NCBI GenBank assembly: GCA_010356995.1
Contig: ML996687.1
Coordinates: 559,803-623,802, forward strand
Length of the DNA stretch: 64,000 nt
DNA from: Trichodelitschia bisporula
Taxonomy: Eukaryota
Direction of reading: 5' to 3'
This document shows, one piece after another, positions 1 to 10,959 of this stretch (position 1 is the first letter of the stretch; every line of letters starts with the position of its first letter). The notes beneath the pieces were generated by a model. That model did no database searches, was not told where the DNA came from, and saw nothing but the letters and a program-made list of their open reading frames with translations. The translations under genes and the position numbers were made by a program.

Positions 1-1028
1 TCCAAGCCCTCTAAACGCAGTGCTTTCAGGATGGGGGCAACAGTCGGCGACTTGAGAAGAGGCGCATGAGAAATTGGCTCCTCGGTCTCGATGAGAAGAG
101 CATACAAGGGGTTGTCCGTCCACCCATAGGCGTGCAAAAGCGCGCTGTCGAGTTTGGGGAATGGTACTGCTATATCCTCTTTTACATAGTCCGAGGCTTC
201 CTGTGTGGTTCGTCGGTTCATCGCTTCATATGCCTTCCTTCCTCTGGATGCCAATTCTTCCAAGCCTTCGCTATTGGCGACAAGGGTACGACGGCGGGCG
301 GTAAACTGACGTGGTGGAATATCTTCATGCGATCCGTCCAACGGCGGAGCCTTCGAACGATGGCCTCTCTCAGGGGACCCAGGGATCTCATATATCACAG
401 GGATGTCGTTGAAGGAAACCTTGCGTCGGCGGGGCTCCAAATCATCGGGGTTCAGAGCCAGCGGGTCTTCAGTGTAACTTGGGTCCGAACTTGGTTTGAC
501 GGCGGGCTTGGGGACGAGTAGGTGAGAGAGTACAGTGGCCGCGATTTCATCTACATATGTTACTCCATCGTCATCGGCTCGCGTCGCAGGCCGAGTCGAC
601 CGAGATGCAGATCTGGCCAAAGGGGCACCGAAATCAATCATTTCCGGTGGAGAGGCCGCGATGTCCTCTACATATGTGACTCCGTCATCATCGTGTTGCT
701 TCGCAGGCCGGGCAGGCCGGGATGCAGTTCTCGCCAAAGGAAAGCCGAAGCCAGCCGTGTCCTGTACAGAGGCCGCGGTGTCCTCTACATATGTGACTCC
801 GTCATCGCCGTCTTGCTTCGCAGGCCGGGCAGACTGGGGTGCAGATCTCGCCATAGGATGGCCGAAGTCAATCACTTTCGAAAGCGGAGACTTTGATAGC
901 TCTCGCTCGGCGTCTTCATCAAGATTGAGAGACGTCGGGTCTTCAGTGGAACCTGGATTCGAGCTTGGTTCGACGGCGGGCCCAGTTTCGACCGGGTGAG
1001 AGAGTGGAGGGGCCGCGATGTCCTCCAT
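1..1028 (-). CDS. Partial hypothetical repeat-containing, probably disordered protein (runs off left window edge)
   Basis: Hand translation of the minus strand from ATG 1028 (MEDIAAPPLSHPVETG...) is open to position 1. Contains three 39-aa repeats and RRRKVSF. Absent from the ORF track because it has no stop in the window; the true start may be further upstream. Confidence 0.6.
   Translation of the reverse strand, partial: MEDIAAPPLSHPVETGPAVEPSSNPGSTEDPTSLNLDEDAERELSKSPLSKVIDFGHPMARSAPQSARPAKQDGDDGVTYVEDTAASVQDTAGFGFPLARTASRPARPAKQHDDDGVTYVEDIAASPPEMIDFGAPLARSASRSTRPATRADDDGVTYVDEIAATVLSHLLVPKPAVKPSSDPSYTEDPLALNPDDLEPRRRKVSFNDIPVIYEIPGSPERGHRSKAPPLDGSHEDIPPRQFTARRRTLVANSEGLEELASRGRKAYEAMNRRTTQEASDYVKEDIAVPFPKLDSALLHAYGWTDNPLYALLIETEEPISHAPLLKSPTVAPILKALRLEGL
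537..890. repeat. Three degenerate 117-bp tandem repeats (coding)
   Basis: ggccgcg(a/g)t(t/g)tc(a/c)tctacatatgt recurs at 537, 654 and 771 (period 117 = 39 codons). Confidence 0.9.
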
Positions 1029-1462
1029 GGCGAATATTGTTCCATATTCATCGTCTTGCTCCGCTGGCCGAGATGTATGGGATATCAAAAAAGGGTGGAC
1101 GGGGTCAATCATGCTGGGAAGCGGATGTACTGGCTAAGATAGATGGTCAAAGAAATACGGTGTACGAAGTTGGGTAAAAGCGGATGTCTGGGTAGATGTG
1201 GAGTTGAGAGGATTGCAAGCTCGCGAGGACATGTAGATCTGGCAGTGCCATCTCTGCGATGGCAGGTGTGCCAGGCAACGGGCGGTCTTTCCATGAAGGG
1301 CGGCTGTGGAGGGACGGATTGCGCCTGGAGAGAAGTTGAGGTACTTGGAGCGGAAATGGCGATGGAATCAGAATGTGGTCGCTAAACGGCAGGCTCCCCC
1401 ACGCCCGACAGGCTGCTCTACGGACCGGCCTACCGCTGATGTCGTCCATCCCATCCAAAATT

Positions 1463-1549
1463 GGTCGGTTAGCTCAGTTGGTTAGAGCGTGGTGCTAATA
1501 TGTATGTCATGTAACGCCAAGGTCGCGGGTTCGACCCCCGTACTGACCA
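1463..1549 (+). tRNA. tRNA-Ile (anticodon AAT) with ~13-nt intron
   Basis: GGTCGGT/ACTGACC acceptor stem, A-box TAGCTCAGTTGG, anticodon loop CT-AAT-A at 1495-1500, intron ~1501-1513, B-box GGTTCGACCC, T-run terminator at 1559-1563. Confidence 0.95.
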
Positions 1550-2414
1550 TCACCAGTCTTTTTGCTGCTGCTGCCATTTGAGGTACGCCGCTTTTTGCCC
1601 GCTGTCGACATCTGGCGTGGACAGAGTGTTGGCGATAGTCCCTTCCCCCATGCGGTACATGGCGGGCGGAACGCGGATGACGGCCATGGTCGTTCCGATC
1701 GACGGAGACTAGCTTCATCGTTCCGTTTGCATGAAGATTTGCAGCACATACTGTGTGACAGATTAGCATATACACAGTCCCCTTTGTTCGTGGAGCATCT
1801 TCGTGATGCAGTGAGTATCTTGCCGAGCACCAAATGGTAGTTGTAACGCGGTGACCCAACGATCGATATCATCAGGATCAAGACAATGTTTTAGCACAAG
1901 CTGTTCAAAGCATCACGGTATAATGAGCTCGGCTCAGTGGCGACAGAGTCGAGCAAGGCAGTACAGTAGTATGCACCGGTAAAGTGTGGAGAAGGAACAG
2001 AGGTGTCGCCATGTCTCCCGCGGAACCTCGTTTCCCCGACCGAGCATGACGTCGAAACGCCGCGAAAGTCGCGGCTGCTTGGCAGGCGGCGCCGTGCGGC
2101 GGGCCGGGCCGCGACTTTACGAACTGGCGTTTCTTAGCGTCGATGTTTTTAGACCTCGACTTCACCCCGCCATGCCATAGGTCGTCATGATATTAATTCA
2201 GGCGGCGAGGAATAGATAGGCAAACAGAGGTGACATCAGCGCTCCTACCGACTATCCGGCCATGAATTATGAATTACGCGCCCGATGCTCGGACTACAAG
2301 ACATTAGGTTAGAAATAGGACATCATCTCCGCGAGCCGACGCCAGACACCCGCTGAACCCCATCTACCACCGCCCATACCCGCAATCCAACACCTTTGCC
2401 GCCCATGTACCAGA

Positions 2415-3842
2415 CTACGTGCCCATTCCGCATAACTCACAATCTCCATCTACTCCCCCTCCCCCTCCCCCNNNNNNNNNNNNNNNNNNNNNNNNNNNNN
2501 NNNNNNNNNNNNNNNNNNNNNNNNNNNNNNNNNNNNNNNNNNNNNNNNNNNNNNNNNNNNNNNCCTGCCCCAACGTCCAGCTCTGCTCATCCCCCAGGAC
2601 CAGCGACCGCATCTGCACCTTAAGAAACAGCACCCACCAACTCACAAACCCCGCAAAAACAGCATAGACACCCACCTCCAACGCCGGCGCACTCCTCCCC
2701 GCACTCCACACCGCCAGGAACCGCACACCCGCCCACGCGCCTAGCCACGCCGTCCCATAAACCCCCGCCACAACCCCCCACCCCACCACCCTCATCCACC
2801 TAACCCACCCCCCTCCCTTCCCATGCCACTCCTCACCAACCCCCCCCTTAGCCCACGTCATCCTTGCCCACAACCCCGCAACAAGCACATCCTGCCTCTC
2901 CTCCGCCCTGATCAGCCACGCCCGACTCCGCTTCGTAAGACCCAACAGCAAGAAAAGCGCATAAATCGCCGACCCGGCTAACCAGAACAGATTCTGCGAG
3001 AACTCGCCCCCGAGCGCGGTGCTGACGTAGCATTTGCCGTCCTTGAGCGGGTTCCAGTGGTAATGTTCGCGGAGTGCGATGAGGGCTTGGAGGGGGACGG
3101 CGAGGAGGACGGAGAGGAGCATTGCGGCGTGGCGGGCGCGGGGGAGGGCGCGGGCTATACGAGATGTTCGCGCGCGGATCGAGGTAGAGACTGGCGGAGG
3201 AGGAGTATCCGTCGTGTCCGTCGAGCCGGTCGTTTTGGTCCTATCCGGCATCGTCGTTGTCGTTATCGTGTTTGTCGCTGGAGTACCCTGTCGACCTCTC
3301 CCCTCCCCATCCAAGCCCGAAACCCACATCGAATTAAGCGTCAACCACCAAAGATTGACTGCAATCTGCTCGTGGTAGAAGCTCATCCTGTGCAGTGTCG
3401 CCAGCGTCGTAACCACAACCACCAGCCCGGCCACAATCTGAACATCGCACAAGCGACGCGCAAGGCGATGCAGCGCTCCGGACCGCTGCGATATCCTCCT
3501 CTTCTCCTCCTCCGTCCCAATCCCCTCCCGCGCCCCCTTCAGCTCCAGCACCCCCACCAGCGCCCTGAACCCACGCCCCGGACCCGGCGCCGCGCGCGCC
3601 CAATGTTCACGTAGTATCGCACATGCGGGTATCGCAGCGAGGAGAACGCTCAGCCAGGCCGCGGCGAGGAAAGCAGCCAGCGTCCCAGGTCCAGCAATAT
3701 CTGGCCGCGCGTGGGTAGGAGCGGCGCAGGTGCATCCCGCAGGAAGCCGGTGCGCGGACCAGAGAGTTGTGCCGTTGGGGAGGGTGCAGGACTGAGGTTT
3801 GGAATGCGGGGGGAGGAGGGCGGGGTTGGGCGTTATAAACAT
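2415..3842 (-). CDS. Multi-pass membrane protein of unknown function (fungal); 3' end obscured by N gap
   Basis: 475-aa ORF with several hydrophobic segments and a PDIAGPG...DVQIVAG...FYHEQIA...WTLGQ pattern seen in fungal hypothetical membrane proteins. Ns at 2472-2563. Confidence 0.7.
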   Translation of the reverse strand: MFITPNPALLPPHSKPQSCTLPNGTTLWSAHRLPAGCTCAAPTHARPDIAGPGTLAAFLAAAWLSVLLAAIPACAILREHWARAAPGPGRGFRALVGVLELKGAREGIGTEEEKRRISQRSGALHRLARRLCDVQIVAGLVVVVTTLATLHRMSFYHEQIAVNLWWLTLNSMWVSGLDGEGRGRQGTPATNTITTTTMPDRTKTTGSTDTTDTPPPPVSTSIRARTSRIARALPRARHAAMLLSVLLAVPLQALIALREHYHWNPLKDGKCYVSTALGGEFSQNLFWLAGSAIYALFLLLGLTKRSRAWLIRAEERQDVLVAGLWARMTWAKGGVGEEWHGKGGGWVRWMRVVGWGVVAGVYGTAWLGAWAGVRFLAVWSAGRSAPALEVGVYAVFAGFVSWWVLFLKVQMRSLVLGDEQSWTLGQXXXXXXXXXXXXXXXXXXXXXXXXXXXXXXXGGGGGGVDGDCELCGMGT

Positions 3843-4451
3843 GGCAACGGAAGTGTCGTTGCCATGCGCTTCGGAATCCGACTTTGCGCTTTGCGCGGCG
3901 AGCGAGCGGAGAAGCCCGCGAGATACCGTTGTGCGCTTAAGTGCGTGTCTGCGATAATCCGGGAGGAGGCAGCTGGCGTATTTCTAGAAAAAGAGGATAT
4001 AAACGTAGCGAGAGGGGTAAGGTACGAGAGAATGAATCGGAGGATGGTGGTGGTGGTAGGCGGGGAGGTGAGCGTGGTGAGAAGTACGAGAGGTACGAGA
4101 GGTGGAGAGTGAGGGTGCGAGGTTTGTTGCGTATGATGAGGTCGGCGATGTGCTTGGGACAAGGAGGTGCCCTGATGAACCAGGTTCTTATGTCGTGCAG
4201 GGTGCAGGGGTTGGGGGTTTGCATGTGGTGTGTTTCCGTGTCAAAGCTTCGATGGCAGGATCGCGATGCTTGTCTGATCGTAGTTCATGTGTTGTGAGGA
4301 ACAGGCAAACGGGTACTTTTTGAATACCACTACACCTGCCTCCCGACAACCTGTGCGCCATGCTAACCCGTCCACACAAAAGCGTCCATTCCGCTCTAAG
4401 ACACACATGATCCCCACGATACCTCAACGCCATGAACTCCCCACAAACTTA

Positions 4452-6047
4452 CTATCCATTCAACCTCCTAAGCACCTCCAACATCAACCCCCTAACCTCA
4501 TCCACCTTCCCCTCAAGCGAATCCAACCTCCCCTCTATCCCCTCAATCCTCTCCCACTCCCTCCCCTCCACCCTCTTCCTCTTAGCCCCCCTAACCACTT
4601 CCCACGGCCCCGTCCCCCCGCTCGCAACAATAGCACTCCACCTCATCACCCCCTCCCTAAGACCACCAAGATCCTCCCCCCTCTCCACCTTCCCCTCCAA
4701 CTCCCTCATTGCCAGCGCACACCCCCCCGCACTAAGCATCCGCCCATGCGGCGTCCCCGGCTGGCTAGTCAACTCACTCGCCACAACAGCCCAAAAAGTA
4801 GTCGCCAGCACAAGCGGGTACAACCCCGCATGCGTCAGCGCCACATGCACCATATCACTCATCTCCCGCGGACTACTCGGCGCACTCGGTGGCAACAACG
4901 GCGGCGGCATCATGCTCGGGTAAACTACACTCGGCGGCACCGGCACCCCATCCCCATACCCCGCACCCGGCGGCACAACAACCCTAACCGCCTGCGGCGG
5001 TGCCGTAAACGCATTCGCCACAGTCGCCCCACTCGGCGCCGTATAACTCGCCGGGCGATCAAGCGGCGGCTTCGGCAGCGGCGGGATCGGCTTCGGCACC
5101 GCATAATTCCGTGCGGGGGGCGTGCTGCCCGGTCCCCGCGGGGGCGTGACCGCAGGTGTCGGGGTGTGGACTACACGCACGGATGCCGCGCCCGGCGTGG
5201 GAGGATTGACGACGCGCACATTCCCCGTGCCCGGCACCGGCACGCGGGGATTAACCTCGCGCCCGCCCGGCGTAATCGGCGTAGCCGGTGTAGCCGGTGT
5301 ATCATCCCCATCCAAATCTAGCGGACTATCCGCCGTCCCCCCAGCCCCGCCCTTCCCCCCCGGTGCACGCGGCGAAACTGTCCCGCCGCTACCCTGTGGA
5401 AAGGCTGGGTAGGCCGCCCCAGCCGAGGTGTGCGCAGGCGGGGCGACCATACTGCTTTGTTGGGGAGTGCGCGTGAGGAAGGTTTGGATGGGCGAGACTT
5501 GGGCTGCAGGCGGTGCCGGAGGGCGCGTGAGGGGTGTGGACGGTGCTGGCGGGGCAGGCGGTGCGGGAGGTGCGGGAGGTGCGACCTGTACGGGGAAAAT
5601 GTCGGCGGGGCGTTGGTCGGCGTGGGGATATGTATCGACGTTCCAATAGCGAAAACGAACGGGGCGGGGGTACGATGCAACGGGGGACGCGGCAGCGGCG
5701 GGCGTGGTGGCGGTCGGCGTAGCGACGGTCGGCGTAGCGCCGGCGGGCGCGGTAACTGCAGGCGTGGTGGGTGCCGTCAAGGTAGAAGCAGCAGGCTCCC
5801 CAGCCTGCGGATTCGGCTTCAACGGGAACTTAAGAATAACCGGCTGCGTCGTGGGGTCGAAGTTATAAGCCGCGCCGAGCCGCTCCTTGGTCCGCTGCTG
5901 CGCAACCCTAATTTTTTTGCGCGACGTCTCGGGCGTGACGTTGGGGACGAGTTCGTGCTGCGCTTCGTGGAGCGACCAGGCGACGAAGGTGCCGCGGGCG
6001 CCGGATTTGGTTAAGTGCTGGCCTTCGGTCGCGGGGCGGCGGGGCAT
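4452..6047 (-). CDS. Pro/Ala/Thr-rich hypothetical protein with C-terminal coiled-coil
   Basis: 531-aa uninterrupted ORF; low complexity; C-terminal heptads (ERIEGIEGRLDSLEGKVDEVRGLM). Confidence 0.6.
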   Translation of the reverse strand: MPRRPATEGQHLTKSGARGTFVAWSLHEAQHELVPNVTPETSRKKIRVAQQRTKERLGAAYNFDPTTQPVILKFPLKPNPQAGEPAASTLTAPTTPAVTAPAGATPTVATPTATTPAAAASPVASYPRPVRFRYWNVDTYPHADQRPADIFPVQVAPPAPPAPPAPPAPSTPLTRPPAPPAAQVSPIQTFLTRTPQQSSMVAPPAHTSAGAAYPAFPQGSGGTVSPRAPGGKGGAGGTADSPLDLDGDDTPATPATPITPGGREVNPRVPVPGTGNVRVVNPPTPGAASVRVVHTPTPAVTPPRGPGSTPPARNYAVPKPIPPLPKPPLDRPASYTAPSGATVANAFTAPPQAVRVVVPPGAGYGDGVPVPPSVVYPSMMPPPLLPPSAPSSPREMSDMVHVALTHAGLYPLVLATTFWAVVASELTSQPGTPHGRMLSAGGCALAMRELEGKVERGEDLGGLREGVMRWSAIVASGGTGPWEVVRGAKRKRVEGREWERIEGIEGRLDSLEGKVDEVRGLMLEVLRRLNG

Positions 6048-6671
6048 CGACTGCTACCCGGTGGGCGGTGGGTGGAGGAGAGACAGAGGCGTGGTGGAGG
6101 AGGTGCGGGTTGGTGGGTGATGTAGGGAGCGTGGGTATGGGGTGCTGCGGTGCTGCTGTCGGGGGTGGTGATGCGCGTTATCGTGGTGGTGAGAAATATT
6201 GGGGCTTGTGGACGGGAGCTTGTCTGCTTTTGGGGGGGTGGCGTCCGGATAGGGTTTAGTGCTGCTTCTTGGCTGGCCAGGGAGTGTCAAAATAAGTGCC
6301 GAACATCTTGGGCTCAGGACAGGAGTATCAGCTCGTAACAACGTAAAGAGAACTAACCAATTTGCTAGACGTAGCCTCAACATGTAGATGTACGCGTCGA
6401 CCAGTTTTTGGCATTTTTCTATCGCTTGTTGTGGTCGTAGTGTCATCACTGCCCTGGCGATCTGAAGTAAGGAAGCGGCCAATTCGGTCCACATATTCGT
6501 TCCCCTGCTGCTGGGGAGAGCTTATTGCCAGATTCGGAGGGACATGGATTGATTATTACCAGAGTTTTTGTTCTTCAGGCAGGACGCAAGGCTGAGCACG
6601 AGGGGCTAATTCTTTGATGGGGGCAACGGCTCATTACGTGCGAAGGCAACTGAAAAACCGAAGATTGAAGT

Positions 6672-6817
6672 AAAGACAACGAGAGAAAGAGAGTGAGAGA
6701 CTCTCAGGACTTAAATACATGATGCCAAGTATCTTCCCTTTGCTCCTTGCTTTTATCATGGGCACATTACATCATGAGATGAGTATGCTCCTTCCGGACA
6801 CAACAATGCTCCTTCCA
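6672..6817. repeat. Dispersed repeat copy A (similar to 56576-56760)
   Basis: Collinear similarity to 56576-56760 including exact ACAATGCTCCTTCC and three TGCTCCTT motifs. Confidence 0.6.
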
Positions 6818-7005
6818 TGGCGACATCGTTCTTGTAAATAGCCTTACCGTACGGATAGGAAGAGGACTTGGATCACTGGTGTGAAGCAGTCGTATATGTG
6901 CTTCGGGACCAACGGCCTCGTGGCGTGTCGTCGTCCTCATCACCCGCACGCCGGCCACGACATTCAGAGCTCTCTACTCTCTTCACCGTCTGTACTCCCG
7001 ACACC

Positions 7006-8021
7006 CTATCGCCCAAACTGATCATTCAAATAATCCACAAACAACGCCCCAATCCTCGCCTTATCCAGACTATGCTGCCGATTCAACGCAAGGAACTGCC
7101 TCCGTATGCGCTGCAACTGCGGCACAGACAGCGGCTTCGTCGGCAACTGCAGCACCTCCTGCACCAGCGGCACGCTGACCTGCCCACCCTCCTCGCCTGG
7201 ATGATCCTTCTGCCACGTCAGAATATGCGCTACAATCTCGGAGGTCTGCTTGTCGAGCTCGTAGAGGTAATCTTGCTGCGTGGCTGGGCGCTGCGGGTGT
7301 CAGCATATCAAATTGACAGTAAGGGAGAGCGTGGGCTCACGAGTACGGTAGCCGCGTTCGGCCGCACCATCTTCACCCGCCCGTCATTCCCGACCAAGGC
7401 ATCCCATATAGCCTCGCCCGGCGGTGCGGGATCATCGTACAGGACCGTAAACAGCGGACTGTCCCAGCGCGTCATCCCGTTCGGCTCCTCATACCGAAAG
7501 ACCAGATTGTCGAAAACCTCATCCGCGTACGCAGTTGCCGGATCTACCTCCCGGGCACGGAGGTTATTCTCCCTACACGTGTCGATCGGCGTACCAATGT
7601 GGACCTCTGATCTATCAGCCTCAACTCCCCACAATCAAGAACTCAACCCACCACGCAACTCGGCGTCTGCACCGCCTTCGCCTCACAAAACATCTGGTAC
7701 CGAAAGCCCTTGATATAATTCGGTGCATCGACGATGACAATTGCGTCGCGGGTCAGTTCGCGCTTGACCGCTGACATCAGCTCCGCGCGGGCGGTTTTCT
7801 CGGTTCGAGCTTCGGCATAGGCGCTGCGAGGGACGTTGAGTGTGTCGTCGGAGATGTGGATGGCGCGGAGGGGGAGGGAGGAGGAGGAGATGCGTGAGGT
7901 GAAATAGGTGTGGAGTTGCGTGCTGCGGTGGGTTTTGCCGGAGGATGGGTAGCCCGTTATCATGAGGAGCTGCGACGGGATTAGATCGGGGTGGCGGAAG
8001 GAAGGGGAGACGTACAGGCAT
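7006..8021 (-). CDS. KTI12: Elongator-associated protein KTI12
   Basis: Spliced: ATG CCT|intron|LLMITGYPSSGKT (P-loop), IVDAPNYIKGFRYQMFCEAK, FRYEEPNGMTRWDSPLF, C-terminal LQRIRRQF...FVDYLNDQFGR-stop at 7006; three introns. Confidence 0.93.
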
Positions 8022-9026
8022 TGTGTCGTTAGTGATGGCGATGGTGTATCGCTCAGTATCATGGCGTAGTCGAGATCATCTTGAGGTTTGGAGAATTGAC
8101 CGTGACTGTGGGGTCGCGTCGCAACTGTGGCTTGAATGCCATCCCGAGCGCCACACAACGGCGGGGCAACATATCCGCTAGAGTACGGAATGCAATGCAA
8201 TGCACAATCACATCACCACCCATCATATAAACAAATACCAAAGTAAACGCACCATACCTCGGACAGCACTCCCCATAGCCATACTTTAAATCCATTCCAG
8301 ACCCATTCTCGTACCCGGTTACATCGTCGATGCCACACCAGCCTAATTGAAACCCAAATTATCCCCTCCACCTCGGCAGCCTCATCCCGGCCGTGCGCCA
8401 AAGAGCACAAAGAATAAGCGCGTAGCCCGGATCCCGCGCCCCGTAGCCCTCGTCTCATCCGGTGCCCCCACAAAGCCGTGGGGTGCGCGTCGGGCATAGA
8501 ATATGCGTGCACACATAAACTGTGCAGGCGGAAAGTGACACGCGCGCACCGAGGCAAGGCAAGGCTCTGCAAATGCGGCCTCCGGTCAGCGGTGATCGCA
8601 GCTGCCGGGTACATATGACAAGGCGCGGACGCAGCGGACACGCGGGGAAGCGGTTATTGTACCTTCTGTCTGCGCAGCTAGTTGTTTCCGGCTTGTGATC
8701 CGCGCTTCTTACCAGTTGGGTGGAAACTGCAACTGCGGCCTTTTGTGAACCTTCCCCGCTAGCACCTTCGGTTGGGCGGATCCGCTGCGTTTGCCGGGGA
8801 TATATACTCCAGCTGCTGTGTCTTGCTGATCGGGCTCGGTTCTTTAAAACGTCACTCGCCGGTTACTTCTACGGTACCTACACGCCTCATCGTCGCCGGT
8901 TCCCCGCATTCAAAATCCGGCCCTTCACTCTCACCCTCGACCTCGCTTCGAACTCCTCGTCAGCCTCCTCCCACCTCAGCGTCCACTCTACTCCCCAGCC
9001 TCAATCCCACATTTACTACGATCATC

Positions 9027-9308
9027 ATGTCCGCTCCTCATTCCTCATCGTCTGCCTCCGTGCACAGCACCTCCACGCATAGCAGCCCGACGCTGTCAAC
9101 ACGCTATACACCGCACTACTCCTCCTACCAGCAATCAACCAGCTACGCAGCGTACACAGCGCCTCGCCCCGCCGAGCGGGCCCAGTCACAGCCTGCGAGC
9201 ACCGACAACACGGCTTGGTTCCTGCACCAGGGGGCGCTGCTTGCCGAGGCGGTGAAGAGGGCGGAAATGGCGGTTGTCATGCGGGACTTGGAGGATATGG
9301 GACTTTGA
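9027..9308 (+). CDS. Small Ser-rich fungal protein of unknown function (93 aa)
   Basis: ATCATG context; C-terminal LLAEAVKRAEMAVVMRDLEDMGL helix resembles a small conserved ascomycete hypothetical family (from recall). Confidence 0.65.
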   Translation: MSAPHSSSSASVHSTSTHSSPTLSTRYTPHYSSYQQSTSYAAYTAPRPAERAQSQPASTDNTAWFLHQGALLAEAVKRAEMAVVMRDLEDMGL

Positions 9309-10158
9309 GGACAATGGAGACGAAGACGAGCGAGTCTAAGTGACAAGAGTGGAGGTGGAGATTGGGCGACGATGCTTTTTTCCTTTATCGTTCTTCGATT
9401 CTGTCGCTGTCGTTGGTATGCCGGCTTTTGGGTGGACTTATTGTCTTTATGAATGGCGTTGGTAGAGGATATTCCCGAGGCGTTTGGTTGAAAGAGGAGG
9501 ATATGCGTCTTTGCATCGACTAGACTGCATCACAGGGCGGATATTGTTGACTTTTGGAAGTCCTCATGATATGAGGCATACTATGGTAATTCTACACCAC
9601 AGAGTTGAGCTCGTCCATTCTCAGCGGTACATTCACATGTCATATACCCATTTCCTCTTTTTTCCACGCTTCCCTCGCACAAGGCTGCACTCGTAACCTT
9701 ACTCGTATCTTCCCTGGCCTTTCTCCCCGTGAATATCACCATCACGGTTTTTCCCACCATCAGGGTTTTTCCCACCACCACCCAAAATCCCCACACCCAA
9801 ATCTCCGACCCCCGCCCAAACAATCCCCGATGACCCTCCCTCACAAAATCCGGGGAAAAGCGCTACCACATAGAGTGGGACTAGCCCCGGGAGGCGCGCG
9901 TGAGCGGCGCGCGGGGAAATGTAAAACCGGTTTCCAGCCTTCCAGGCTGAGGGCCATGACATCACCTGGGTCGGGGGCGCGGCGATCAGGGCCGATGATC
10001 ATGGAGCGGGTACATAGCTGGCACCGTAGACTGCGGAGGGACTTACGGATTTACGACACTTGATCGCTATACTAGACATTTACACTTTTCTAGTTTGAAT
10101 TAGTTGCATTCTACCGAACTTGAGTACTACCCAGTGACGGAGGCATCACCGATACACC

Positions 10159-10655
10159 ATGCCGAACTACACACAAACCCCCACCGCCGACCAGCCGACC
10201 ATGCCGCCGCAAGCGAATGAGCAGCAGCTGTCAAAGCAGCAGCAGAACGAGATTGCGCGGCAGATGATGCAGGGGCAGCCGATGCGGCGGACGGAGGTTC
10301 ATGAGGCGGAGGCGCATGCTGAGGCTCAGGTAGACGTCCCCAGCCCCGCTGGGCTATTCCGCCTGTATGATGCATATGGGCTAACGATCCTCAGGCCGGC
10401 CTCAACCTCAATATTTTCGGGGCGTTCAAGGGCGCGTACAAGGGCCGCAAGACGAAGACGACGGACACGAAGAAGGATGGGTCGAGTCATAGTGTTGAGC
10501 ATAAGGATGAGGAGGGGTATGGTGAGGGGTGGGCTAAGGGCGATATGCAGGCTTATGCCCACGAAAAGAGGGATGCGAAGGAGAGGAGGGGGGTGCAGGA
10601 GGTTGATCATCTTGGGTTGGGGGAGGTGGGGTTGATTGAGGGGAAGAAGAAGTAG
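10159..10655 (+). CDS. Small hydrophilic hypothetical protein (one intron)
   Basis: CACCATG start; intron GTAGAC..GCTAAC..CAG (~10330-10394) joins EAHAEAQ to AGLNLNIFGAFKGAYKGRKT...EGKKK-stop. Confidence 0.7.
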
Positions 10656-10959
10656 GTTAGGGGAAGAAGAAGTAGGTTAGGGGAAGGGATGTGTTGGTTC
10701 GGCGTTCGGGTGGTGGGCAATGATGTGATGATTATTATGGGTAGAGATGCCAAGTGTGGGAGGGTGTAGTGTTCTTCCCTTGGGCGGATTTAGCAGGTGC
10801 GACCTTTCCTTATGGCGTTGTCGGATTGACTTCTTCTCCACGTCTGGCATGAAGATAGATACTTGGATATCAACACATTTCTACAGCTGCATGAATCAGA
10901 TCACCGTATCATCCCGCCGGACTCCTTAGGCGCTCCGGTCTCTTACACAGGGGGGCATC

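Noticed and set aside
537..890. CRISPR-like array
   Set aside because: Degenerate 117-bp coding tandem repeats without unique spacers; eukaryotic context; no cas genes.
4287..5321. 344-aa plus-strand ORF and many similar antisense ORFs (e.g. 12277-13521, 60561-61667)
   Set aside because: Shadow ORFs opposite real GC-rich genes; no recognisable motifs.
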